Shown piece after piece: positions 24,783-37,644 of a DNA stretch of 64,000 nt. The position numbers and the translations under genes are program-made. This stretch comes from Malacoraja senta (Eukaryota). The notes under the pieces were generated by a model. The model was not told the origin of the DNA and did no database searches. It saw only the letters and a list, made by a program, of their open reading frames with translations. Within the stretch, counting starts at the first letter, position 1. Each line of letters opens with the position of its first letter. The stretch spans positions 4,032,001-4,096,000 of the forward strand of contig CM075992.1 of the NCBI GenBank assembly GCA_038087875.1, given 5' to 3'.

Positions 24783-27344
24783 TGGCAGAATGTTTGATTG
24801 ACCTTGGGAAAATTCCTTTCAGAAACTCAACAGATGGCTTCTCATTTATCTCTGAAGTTAAACAGGTCGGGGGGAATCTGATGCAAATTTCCTGGGTTCC
24901 CTGAAGGATCAGACTTCAATGGATTAAATCTTGCAACTCGGAGCGAAGATTACTCGCCATCTGCACCTGAGCCTGGCTAGGAGTGTTTCGCTCAGTGTGG
25001 TCCCCACTGCAGCCTTCAGAAGGGGGCGAGTGAGTTGGTGGGGGAGGGAGAAGGGGACTGACTCTTATTATTTGCAGTGGGAAAAACGGCAGCGGCACTT
25101 CCTGAATGGATTTGACAGCCGATGTGATCTCCCCCCCCCCCATTCTCTCAAATCTCCAGGGCATGGTAACACAGAACACCATGCTATTGAATTTAGTTTA
25201 GATATACGGCGACGAAACAGGCCCTTCGGCCCACCGAGTCCGTGCTGACCAGCGATCCCCGCACACTAACACTATCCCACACACACTAGGGACAGTTTAC
25301 AATTTTACCGGAGCCAGTTAATCCTCAAACCTGTACGTCTTTGGAGTGTAGGAGGGTACTGGAGCACCTGGTGAAAACCCACTCAGGTCACGGGGAGAAC
25401 GTACAAACTCTGTACAGACAGCACCCGTAGTCAGGATGGAACCCGGGTCTCTGGCGAACCCGGGTGTAAGGCAGCAACTCTACCGTGCAGCCCCTAACAT
25501 CCAAAAGAGCAGAAACAATCCTCCTTTAAAGGCAAAGCTCATACTGAGAAGAATCTTTCTTCACCCTCTCTCGTGGGTTTTCTTTGCCCTGAGACTAATT
25601 GGTTTGGATCGATAATACTCTACTACAGACTGAGAGGGAACAGATTCTGATCAATGAGACATTGCACTGGTGCCTGAAGCATTGTAATTGGGTCACGTGG
25701 AAAACCCCATCACTAACTTGTGCATGTGTAGGAAGGAATGGGTGACGTTTTGGTTCGGAACCTTTCTTGAGGCTGAAGAAGGGTTCCAACCTGAAAGGTC
25801 ACCTATTCCTTTTTTTTTTAGAGATGCTGCCTGACCTGTTGAGTTACTCCAGCATTTTGTGTCTCCAAACTTGCGCCTACCCAGCTTTGCCGACTGTCAA
25901 ACCCGTGAAGGAGCTTAGAATATCTCTTGACATGCAAATAGGTCTGAAGCTTGACTTTAACACACGTAGATAAATACTTTGACATCACTTTTAAACAGGT
26001 TTCTATGTTTCCTGGCGGTTGCAAACACTCGATTGAAATGAACAGATGTGGATAATCTGCAGAGGATACAGAAAAGAATCAACAGTTTCGGAGCTGGTGA
26101 AACACAGCGAAATGAAACTCTGCCTTCAGTCTCACTGTGAGTTCAGTTTAGTTTATTGTGACTTGCACCGAGGTACAGTGAAAAGCTTTTGTTGCCTGCT
26201 AACCAGCCAGCAGAAAGACAATACATGATTACAATCGAGCCATTCACAGTGCATAGGTACGTGATAAGGGAATAACATTTAGTGCAAGGTAAAGTCCGAT
26301 CAAGGATAGTCCAAGGGTCACCAAAGAGGTAGATAGTAGTTCAGCACTGCTCTCAGGTTGTGGTAGGATGGTTCAGTTGCCTGATAACAGACGGAAAGAA
26401 AGTGTCCCTGAATCTGGAGGTGTGCGTTTTCACACTTCTGTACCTTTTTCCCGATGGGAGAGGGGAGAAGAGGGAGTGGCCGGGGTATCTCTAAACTAAA
26501 CTAAACGAAACTAAACTAGATAGCTGTACTGGACCAAACTATAAAGACTGAACAGTGACGTTTTGGGTTGAGTTTGGTGCGAAAATGCACACCACCAGAT
26601 TCGGGGACATGTAGGATAGTGTTAATGTGCGGTGATCGCTGGTCGGCGCGGACCCGGTGGGCCGATGGTCCTGTTTCAGCTCTGTATCTCTAAACTAAAC
26701 TAAACTAGATAGCTGTAGATTTGAGTCAAGTTTGAAGATAGGTCCCGAACCAAAACACCACCCATTCCATGTTCTTCCATGCTTGCTGCCTGATCCGCTG
26801 AGTTACTCCAGCACTTTACGCTTTATTTTTTTTAAAGTTATTCCAACACTTTAAGCCTTTTTTTTCTGGAGTCTTTGGCTTCCTTGGGAGGATGCCAATC
26901 TAATAAATCATTCAGCAAAACAAGAGAGACGTTGAGAAGGAAGGCGAGGGAAATCTCAGTCTGAATCCCCAGAGCCTAGAGAGAGTTGGGACAATCTGCT
27001 GCATTCTGACTCACAAATAAAATACTCGGCCCACTTGCAAGGGCTGACAGGAACCTGATTTGTTCCCCGGAGTGCCAATTAAATTGGCCAAACATCTGTT
27101 TATCACAGAGTCAGTTTGAATTGGATGAAAAGCTTCAGAAAACATGTTTGCAGCAGGCTAATGTATCTACAGCATCAATTATTTTTATATTTACCGTCCA
27201 ATAGTACATGAATACTTTGCACATTGATAATCCTTGTTTGCTTTCCTGTTTCACACATTCCTATTAACCCTATTTAGTTCAGTTTAGTTTGGTTTTACTT
27301 ATTTTTCCTTAGCTCAGCATAGCTTTGTCCGTTTCCATGCTGTA

Positions 27345-28152
27345 TCTCTGTACTGGACCAAAATACAAAGACTGAACCCTGCTTGGTCAGAAACTGCACT
27401 TGAATTTGGTGGCCTTGCACCCTGCTTGAAGTGGTAAGAAACTGCACTTGAATTTGGTGGCCTTGCACCCTGCTTGAAATGGTAGGAAACTGCATTTGAA
27501 TTTGGTGGCCTTGCACCCTGCTTGAAATGGTAGGAAATTGCACTTGAATTTGGTGGCCTTGCACCCTGCTTGAAATGGTAGGAAACTGCACTTGAATTTG
27601 GTGGCCTTGCACCCTGCTTGAAGTGGTAAGAAACTGCACTTGAATTTGGTGGCCTTGCACCCTGCTTGAAATGGTAAGAAACTGCACTTGAATTTGATGG
27701 CCTTGCACCCTGCTTGAAATGGTAAGAAACTGCACTTGAATATGGTGGCCTTGCACCCTGCTTGAAATGGTAAGAAACTGCACTTGAATTTGATGGCCTT
27801 GCACCCTGCTTGAAATGGCATGAAACTGCATTTGAATTTGGTTGCCTTGCACCCTGCTTGAAATGGAATTTCAAGGAATAGCCGTGAGTCAACTGCCAGC
27901 CCACCAGCCGTGAGTGAGCTGCCAGCACATCAGGCTTGAGTGACTGAGCTGCCACCCCAAGAATCCATTTGGCCCACAATGTCCATACTAACCAGTCCCT
28001 TCAGCCCACAGTACCCATACTAACGGTCCTGAATGCCCCCCCCCCCCCCCAACTGGCCACCAATATTGGAATTGGTGGAGAGGTGGAATATTGCATTGGG
28101 GGACCAGCCCTCATGTGTGAACATGGGACCCAACGGGTCCCACTTAGTCTAG
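27345..28152 (+). mobile_element. Non-autonomous Helitron
   Basis: 5' A|TC start, 3' hairpin TGGGACCC-AAC-GGGTCCCA (28124-28142), then CTAG|T (28149-28153). No TSD. The 5' end is less certain than the 3' end. Confidence 0.7.
27390..27866. repeat. 48-bp minisatellite, about 10 copies
   Basis: Unit GAAACTGCACTTGAATTTGGTGGCCTTGCACCCTGCTTGAAATGGTAA, head-to-tail with no spacers. Confidence 0.95.
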
Positions 28153-28317
28153 TAATGTATCTAAACTCTGCTACTGGATCGATTGTAATCATGTATCGCC
28201 TTTCTGCTGACTGGATTGCACACAACAAAAGCTTTTCTCTGTACCTCGATACAGGTGACGATAAACTAAACTGAAACTGAACTGAGACCCTTCATCTGAA
28301 GAAGTGTCTTGACCTGA

Positions 28318-28606
28318 TTTACTTACTTACTTACTGCCTATTCAGCCTCCTGGCATGTAGGGCAGCAACGAAGGTCCTCCACTCCTGTCTGTTCTGGACA
28401 CTACCCCAGGTCAGGTCCTTTTTCCTTAGCAGGGCTATTCTTGGGATGCTGTCCGGTTCTCTTGCATTGTTTTTATTTCCTCATCCTAGCATCTGTCGAT
28501 AGCCCTGGAAGTCCATCGCGCCCAGTAGTGTTGATTCCTTCAGTTGCTGTTTCCGTAACATATTTGTTTTACGAGACAGGGTTGTTAGCCCTGTGCTCAA
28601 CCTCCA
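28318..28606 (-). mobile_element. Short bipartite RTE-type element
   Basis: 5' GGTTGGAGGTTGAGCACAGGGCTAACAACCCTGTCTCGTAAAA motif, (TAAG)n tail, TSD ACCTGA (28312-28317 and 28607-28612). Confidence 0.65.
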
Positions 28607-30866
28607 ACCTGAAACGTCACCTATTCCTCTCCGGAGATGCTGCCTGTCCCGCTGAGTTATTCCAGCATTTTGCGTCTATGGTAGACAAAAGGGCTGGAGA
28701 AACTCAGCGGTTGTGGCAGCATCTATGGAGCGAAGGAAATAGGCAACGTTTCGGGCCAAAACCCTTCTTCAGACTGATAGACATTTGCGTCTATCTTCGG
28801 TGTAAACCAGCATCTGCAGCTCCTTCCTGCACACTATATATACTGAATATAGCTCTGGTTTGCCTATTTGCTTTGTTATATTTACTCTAAACAAATCCAC
28901 AGACACAACTCTAATGTTTACTCCAAGCCCATCATTCAGTTGTCTACATTTGCTCTTTAACATACCAAGACCACATTCTTTACTTATTGAAGAACATTGA
29001 TTATTGTAAACCCACTACACAACAGCCATTAGGAGTAATATTCATTCTCCTGTCAAGGGAAGATTCATTTTGATTATACATTCAACGAGCAACAAACTAA
29101 TGCGCGCTGTTCATCTTGCTGTTAATTGGCACATGGTGATTCCTGCATCGGGAACAATCTCCGAGATCTTTGTGTAATCCTTTCTGGGAATACAACGGAA
29201 TAGTGGCAGGAGTATGGAACGAGCTGCCAGAGGAGGTAGTTGAGGCTGGGACTATCCCAATGTTTAAGGAAACAGTTAGACAGGTACATGGATAGGACAG
29301 GCTTGGAGGGATATGGACCAAACGCAGGCAGGTGGGACTAATGTACTGTAGCTGGGACATGTTGGCCGGTATGGGCATGTTTCCATGCTGTATCACTCTA
29401 TGACCATGACTAGGCCAATCGGCCCCTCAAGCCTGCTCGACTATTCATGGAGAATTCAAGAGAATAATACTACCCCAGGCATTATATTCTTGCCCTTGGT
29501 GCACAGAGGAATCTTGGGGTCCGATTCCATGACATCCTGAAGGTGGCAACATAAGTAGACAGAGTAGTAAAGAAGATATACGGTATTAAAAAAAAGGCAC
29601 AAAGTGTTGGAGTAAATCAACGGGTCAGAAAGCCTCTCTGGGGAACATGGATAGGTGACGTTTTGAATCAGACTGATTGTAGGGGGAGGGGAAGAAAGTT
29701 CGAAGCCTGGCAGATAATTGCATGAGCATTGTGTAGAAAGGAACTGCAGATGCTGGTGTTCATCGAAGATAAGGGTCTCCACCCAAAACATCACCCATCC
29801 TTTTTCTCCAGAGATGCTGCCTGACCCGCTGAGTTACTCCAGCACTTTGTGTCTATCTTAGATAATTGGATGATACAAGTGAGGGGGGGGGGGGGAGTGT
29901 TGCTAGGCAGATGGTGGACTAAGACCAGAGATGTAAAGACTGAATGTGTGAGACAAAAGGATTGAAGACTTGCAACTAATGAATCTAAAGGAAGTAATGT
30001 AGGTGGAAGGTGGGGGGTGGGAAGAGACAGAATATTTGGTATGTTAACGGATCCTGATCCATAAAATCACCTATCTATGTTCTCCAGAGATGCTGTCTGA
30101 CCCGCTGAGTTATTCCAGCTATTTAGCGTCCATCCTCGACGTAAACCAGCATCTGCAGTTCCTCCCTACACATAATTTCCATGTTAAACTGTACATGAAC
30201 AAAAGCCCCACCATTTTGGTCCATTTCATGGCAATTGGATGGCAAACGCCAACAGTTTTGCCACTGCAACCATTGCCAAAATTGGACTCATGTGGGATGC
30301 ATTAAATCGAGTCATGGAATCGAATGAATCATAGAATAGAATGCACAGAATCAGGCCCTTCCTCCCACCACATCCATGCTGACTGCCCGATTTATCCACT
30401 CCAATTCAATTTAGCTTAGTTTAGTTTTTAGTTTAGAAAAACAGGCCTGGTGGCCCATCGAGTTGGCATCGACCACCGATCCCCGCACACTAACACTATC
30501 CCACACACACACATGGGATCATTTTTACATTTATACCAAGCCAATTAACCCACAAACCTGTACCTCTTTTGAGTGTGGGAGGAAAAACTGAATATCTCAG
30601 AGAAAACCCATCCATAGTCAGGGTCGAACCCGGGTCTCTGGCGCTGTAAGCGCTGTAAGGCAGCAACTCTACCGCTGTGCCACCGTGCTGCCCCAATATC
30701 CTTGCGTTAGGCCTGCAACCTTCTAGACCTTGGCCATTCAAATCCCTTCTGGGAAGCCTCTTAATTCCTCAGAGGCTCTTGGATGAATTAAAAGACCATG
30801 GCATTTCAAATCCTCCGCCAAATTTAACAAGGAGATGACTCCCTCTTTAAGTGTGCAAGCTCAACT

Positions 30867-31086
30867 CAAGTGTGCAAGTTCAAGAAGAAACTGCAGATGC
30901 TGGAAAATCGAAGGTAGACAAAAGTGCTGGAGAAACTCAGCGGGTGCAGCAGCATCTATGGAGCGAAGGAAATAGGCAACGTTTCGGGTCGAGACCTGAA
31001 GAAGGGTTTCGGCCCAAAACGTTGCCTATTTCCTTCGCTCCATTGATGCTGCCGCACCCGCTGAGTTTCTCCAGCACTTTTGTCTA
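30867..31086. mobile_element. Penelope-derived mini-element, inverted pair
   Basis: Flanked by a 26-bp direct repeat at 30841-30866 and 31087-31112. Confidence 0.8.
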
Positions 31087-32294
31087 CCCTCTTTAAGTGT
31101 GCAAGCTCAACTGTCTCTTCACTGTTGCAGTGCATGAACATTGACAGGAGTCATAGAGTCATACAGCATAGAGTTATACAGCAAGTCACACAGTGCGGAA
31201 ACAGGCCCTTCGTGTAGATCAATCACTATTGCTGATTTGATCCATGTCTGGTTTTGCTATTGCTGACCCGATCCGTAATCCACTTCGGGTTTCCACTATG
31301 TCATCTTGTGGAATGTGTTATGGTTTCTGTATGTATTCTTATTAAAGTACATATTATGAAGTTTTATGACTCAATGTCAATAGTACTTTATACACTTCGG
31401 CCCATCTTGCCCACACCGACCAACATGTCCCACCTGCCCACGTTTGGCCCATGTCCCTCCAAACCTGTCCAATCCACACACCTGTCCAAATGTTTCTTAA
31501 ACGTTGCGATAGTCCCTCCCCTAACTACCCCGACTTGGCAGCTCATTCAATACACCCACCACTCTTTGTGTGAAAAAGTTATCCTCCAGGTTCCTATTAA
31601 ATCTTCCCCCCCTCGCCGTAAACCCATGTCCCCTGGTTCTTGATTCTCCGATTCTGGGCAAGAGACTCTGTGCATCTACACAATCTATTTTTCTCATGAT
31701 TTTGTACACGAAAACAGAAAACTGAAAGCAGGGAAAACTGAAAGTGGACCTTGACATTTCGCAGGCATCATGCCTCAACAGATAAACCAGCCTTGAAGTT
31801 TCTAATGAGCTGCCATTCATTATAAGGCAGCGCGAGTATCTACTCACACCAATCAAATGCTTCCCTGACTAAAAGTAGTTAATTAGAGAGCAAGATATCA
31901 GCTGCAAAAAAACTAATCTATGCCTGTTACATATTGCTGAAATGAAATACGTGATATTTGGGGGCAACACAGTTGCGCAGCGGTAGAGTTGCTGGTTTAC
32001 AGCGGCAGAGACCCAGGTTCGATCCTGACTATGGGTGCTTTCTGTACGGAGTTTGCACGTTCTCCCTGTGACTGCGTGGGTTTCCTTCGGGTGCTCCGGT
32101 TTCATCCCACATCCCAAAGACGGAGAGATTTGTAGGTTAATTAGCGCTCAGTAAATTATCCCTAGTGTGAAATAGAATTAGTGTGAACGGGTGGTCAATG
32201 GTTGATGCAGCCTCGTTGGGCCTATAGTTCATAGTTGGGGAAGTTAATGTATTGTTCAAGTGCCTGATGGGTGTTGGGAAGAAGCTATTCTTGA

Positions 32295-33602
32295 AGGGCC
32301 TGTCCCACTTGGGCGACCTAATCCGCGAGTTCTGATAAGTTTGCCCTCAACTCATACTCGTTGCATGGTCGACACAAGGTCGTAGGAGGTCTTCGTAACT
32401 CTCCATCGTGCTCGAGAGTAGTCCCCACGTACTCGAGGCCTCAGCTAGGTCGCTGCCTTTTTTTCAATATGTTAAAAAATGCCCGCGATTAAAAAAAGGT
32501 CGCCATGGAAAAAATCGATACTTTTTTTACTCGTAGGTTTAGTCGTAGTAGGTCGTAGTAGGTCGGCATGTTAGTCGTAGGTAGTCGAGGGTAGTCAAAG
32601 GTAGTCGTAGATAGTCTTCATCATAGTCGAAGGGAGGTCGAAAGAGATCGAAGGAGGTCGTCTTCACTCTCCACTATTCGGTGTCCAATTTTTCCGAAGT
32701 TAGTCGTAGCTAGTCGAAGCTAATCGTAGCTGGTCTTCTACATAGTCGAAGGAGGTCTTCAACATGTCATTTTTTCAAACTCTTCTATACTCGCCAATTA
32801 GATTAGATTAGATTAGATTTTTTATTCCTTGTCATTTGAACCTCAAAGAGGCTCAAACGAAATTCCATTTCCACAGCCATACACACAAAACAATTCCTAC
32901 ATGACACACAAACAATTCAATTTACAGAAAAACATCCATCACAGTGAATCTCCTCCTCACTGTGATGGAAGGCAAAGTCTTTTCTCTCCCCTGCACCATT
33001 TTTCTCCCGATGTTGAAGCCCCAGGCGGGCAATGTTAAGTCCCACGGCCGTTGAGGCCGCGCCGGGCGGTATACGGCCTCGCTCCGGGCCCAAATGTCAC
33101 CACGTTGGAGCCCCCGGCGGGCGCTGGAATGTCCCGCCACCATTAAAGCCGCGCCGGGCGATTTACGGCCCCGCTCCGGGTCGTTCCAACCCCGCGACAC
33201 GGGCGGGAGAAGTTGCATTGCGGGAGCTCCGGAAAGCGGTCTCTCACCCGGACCCACGAGCTCCCGATGTAACTGTCCACGGGTCTGCAGCTGGAGCTGG
33301 AGCTCCAGAGTCGGGCCGCAGCAACGAGCCACCACCGCTCCCCTCACGCTCCGAGGACGCAGCTCCACAGGCTCCGCGACTGGAGGCCCCAGGTCGTCCC
33401 GGTCGGAGGCCGCTCCACGGAGCTAGGCCCCAACGACAACGGAGACCCGACAGGGAAAAGGTCGGGTCTCCCGTACAGGGAAGAGATTTTTAAAGTTTGC
33501 CCCTCCCCCCCCCCCCCCGCCCCCCACATATACACATTTAAAAACAGTACAAAAAAACACAAACAAGTGTTTGTGTTAGGTCGCCCAAGTGGGACAGCCC
33601 CT
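32295..33602. mobile_element. PIF/Harbinger-type MITE (TGA TSD) interrupted by a GC-rich retroelement at about 32800-33575
   Basis: TIR AGGGCCTGTCCCACTTGGGCGACCTAA, TGA on both sides, internal GTCGTAG repeats. Confidence 0.8.
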
Positions 33603-33611
33603 TGAACCTAA

Positions 33612-33833
33612 AGGGCCTGTCCCACTTACGCGATTTTTTTGGCGACTTGCCGGCACCCGTCATAGTCGCGGCAGGTCTCCGAAAATTTTCAACATGTTGA
33701 AAATCCAGCGGCAACCAGAAAAAGGTACGACTCTTTGGGCGACTACTCACGACCATACAGGCATCACCCCGCGACATCGCCACATGACGGTTGCCGGCAA
33801 GTCGCCGAAAAAATCACCTGTGGGACAGGCCCT
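33612..33833. mobile_element. PIF/Harbinger-type MITE
   Basis: Same TIR. Internal sequence related to the 14973 copy. Confidence 0.85.
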
Positions 33834-34994
33834 TGATAGTCCGTGTTTTTAGACTCCTGTATCTTCGTTCTAACGGTAGGCATGAGAAAAGATTGTAGTA
33901 GGTTATGTATAGTTTAGCTTAGTTTAGTTTAGTTTAGTTTAGTTTAGATATAGGGGAAAGCGTTTAGTGCAAGACAAAGTCCATTGAAGTCCGATTAAAG
34001 ATAGTCCGAAGGTCTCCAATGACGTAGATGGGAGGTTTCATTTAGTTTCTTGTCACGTGTACCTAGGTACAGTGAAAAGCTTTTTGTTGCGTGCTATCCA
34101 GGCAGCAGAAAGACAATACATGTTTACAATTGAGCCATTTACAGTGTACATGTACAAAATAAGGGAATAACATTTAGTGCAAGGTAAAGCCAGCAGAGTC
34201 CGATCAAGGGTCACCAATGAGGTAGATAGTAGTTCAGGACTGCTGTCTGATTGTGGTAGGATGGTTCAGTTACCTGATAACAGCTGGGAAGAAACTGTCC
34301 CTGAATCTGGAGGTGTGCGTTTTCACACTTCTGTACCTTTTGCCCGATGGGAGAGGGGAGAAGAGGGAGTGGCCAGGGTGTGACGTCCTTGATGATGCTG
34401 CTGGCCTTGCCGAGGCAGCGTGAGGTATATTTGGAGTCAATAGAAGGGAGGTTGGTTTGTGTGATGGTCAAGACCGCTCTCTAGTTGGTGAGAGGATGGC
34501 TCAGTTGGCTGATAACAGCTGGGAAGAAACTGTCCCTGGATCTGGAGGTCGGCTATGGCAAGCAATATAAATCATGGTCAAATTGTAACGAGCCAACATT
34601 ATCCTGAATTTTATTCCTGGAGTTTTGATCGTGATAATGTCGGGATGGAGATGGAATTGGTCACAACATTATAATTCCGATTACCTTTTGCAATTTTCTT
34701 GGCTGGTTCTTTTTGCAAGCCCAGCTGTCATGATGTTAATTAATTACCAATTCCATACACATAAGCTGCTGCCTCATAGTGGAAATCTGTCCGTAAAACT
34801 AATTGGCCCCAAGTAGGGCAGGTCTTTCTCTGCCATCACTGCTAATGGATTAGAAAACAGCTCCCAGAATAAAACCTATCATCGTTGATTTTGCTAATGA
34901 CGGCTCACAATGTTGGAATCACATCACATCAGGTCAAAAGTGGGGCCTAGATGAACATCCTGTGAGTTGAGCCTCAATATAGTGGCTGAGGAGG

Positions 34995-35406
34995 GTGATG
35001 AATCTATGGAGTTCATTGGAATCTATGGAGGGCATTATTGTCCAAGATAGTTCTTCATCAGAGGATGGTGAATCTGTGGAGTTCATTGCCACAGACCACA
35101 GTGTGGGTGAGTCTAGGACTGGAGGCCACAGCCTCAGAATAAAAGGACGTACCTTTAGGAAGGAGATGAGGAGGAATTTCTTTAGTCAGAGGGTGGTGAA
35201 TCTATGGAATTCATTGCCACAGACGGCTGTGGGGGCCAAGTCAATGGATATTTTTAAGGCAGGGATAGATAGATTCTTGGTTAGTACGGGTGTCAGGGGT
35301 TATGGGGAGAAGGCAGGGGAATGGGGTTGAGAGGGAGAGATAGATCAGCCATGATTGAATGGCGGAGTGGACTTGATGGGTGGAATGGCCCAATTCTGCT
35401 CCTATC
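34995..35406 (+). mobile_element. CR1 LINE 3' fragment
   Basis: GESRTGGHSLRIKG...FFSQRVVNLWNSLP plus the CR1 tail. Others at about 31395-31710, 41180-41350, 47320-47610, 50890-51930, 53730-54040, 57720-59220 and 61860-62730. Confidence 0.85.
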
Positions 35407-35967
35407 ACCAAAAAACCCCCAATAGCGCCCACAAATGGAGACACAAGGAACTGCAGGTGCTGCAGTTCTGGGAAATTTGGTTGGAATGAAATGGGATTAG
35501 TGTGAGATTGGGATACATGGGTGCTTGATGGTAGGCATGGATGATTAGGTCGAACGGCCTGCTTCCATGCTCTGAGTGTCTAGGGCACATTGTGAATGAC
35601 CGACTCACAGAATGAGACAAAGTGTGTCAAAGGTTACGGAGAGAAGGCAGGAGAATGGGGATGAGAGGGAAAGTCAGATCAGCCATGATTAAATGGCAGA
35701 GTAGACTCAATGGGCCAATTGGCTTAATTCTGCCCTACGTCTTATGAAGCTTAGATAACAGACTCTGCCCACTTCATAAGTTCATGTTCTAGGAGCAGAA
35801 TTAGGCCATTCGACCCATCGAGTTTGCTCTACCATTCAATCATGGCTGATCTATCTCTCCCTCCCAACCCCATTCTCCTGCCTTCTCCCCATAACCCCTG
35901 TCTCACCGAGAATCTGTCGACCTCCGCCTTAAACACTCTACCTATGTTGTCTCTTTGCCACACCTTT

Positions 35968-36278
35968 ACTGTGGCGCAGTGGCAGAGTTACAGCACTTGC
36001 AACGCCTGAGACCCAGGTTCGATACCGACTACGGGTGCTGCCTGTAAGGAGTTTGCACGTTCTCCCCGTGACCTGCGCGGGTTTCCCCCGAGATCTTCGG
36101 TTTCCTCCAAACCCGAAAGGCGTACAGGTTTGTAGTTTAATTGGCTTGGTGTAGTGTGAAAAAAAATTGTCCCTAGTGTGTGTGGGGTAGTGTTAATGTG
36201 CGGGGATCGCTGGTCGGTGCGGACTCAATGGGCCGTAGGGCCTGTTTCCGTGCGGTATCTCTAAACGAAACTAAATTA
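35968..36278 (+). mobile_element. HE1-like V-SINE
   Basis: Head, V-domain and tail. A truncated copy follows at 36714-36896. Confidence 0.8.
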
Positions 36279-36967
36279 GAACCAGGCGCCGCTCTGTTCC
36301 CTGAGGCTTTTAACTGGGACCTAATTAAGACATCAGCGTGTTCAACACACCCTCAATCATTGCGGAGTGTGGACTCTACACCTCCATATTACACATGTTC
36401 AGTCGCCTGATCTAAATAAAAGCAATGTTCTTCAAATGGACCGTTTCCAGTTCACAGCAAAGGTCTTACATCATGCCGATGCATCATCTGGCAGTTGAAT
36501 TAACAGTTAACATACAGTAATTGGAATAATTAAACAATATTTGGCAATCAACCAAGGTCAACATTTCTAAATGCACTTTATACCTTAAGGGCGTGAAATA
36601 ATAATCCAGTTTAAAATTGCTCTTGCTGTTAATTAAGTTGCAAAGATTTTCATTTCTGCTTTTTAAATATATGAACCTTGCATGAATATGTGAGCACCAC
36701 ATTGATTTAAGATGGGCGGCACGGTGACGCAGCGGTAGAGTTGCTGCCTTACACCACTTGCAGTGCGGGAGACTGGGGTTCGATCCCGACTACGGGTGCT
36801 GTCTGTACCTTCTCCCCGTGACCCGCGTGAGTTTTCTCCGAGATCTTCTGCTTCCTCCCACACTCCAATGACGTACAGGTTTGTAGGTTAATTGGAAGTA
36901 ACATTGATTCTGCATTGATCACAGTGTGGTTTGGGTTTGGTCTGAATGGTGCTAACACATCAGGCTA

Positions 36968-37348
<381 letters not shown>

Positions 37349-37412
37349 TCATTGGCAGCTGGAGTCTATGTGTCGGACGATTGAGTGAGACTGGCAAGTT
37401 CGTTATTTGACC

Positions 37413-37644
37413 AACATAGGGGCAAGTTGGGCCGATCGGCCAGTTTTCACACTGTATGACTCTGCACAGGTAGAACATTGGGGCAAGTTGGGCCGGTCGG
37501 CCAGTTTTCACACTGTATGACTCTGCACAGGTAGAACATTGGGGCAAGTTGGGCTGGTCGGCCAGTTTTCACACTGTATGACTCTGCACAGGTAGAACAT
37601 TGGGGCAAGTTGGGCCGGTCGGCCAGTTTTCACACTGTATGACT
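37413..37644. repeat. 61-bp tandem repeat (about 3.8 copies) derived from a LINE/SINE tail
   Basis: Units start at 37413, 37474, 37535 and 37596. An extra partial copy is at about 37825-37875. Confidence 0.93.

Noticed and set aside
27390..27866. CRISPR-like array or repeat-protein gene (ORFs 27295-27979)
   Set aside because: Units are contiguous with no unique spacers and the DNA is eukaryotic. The ORFs follow from a stop-free 48-bp unit.
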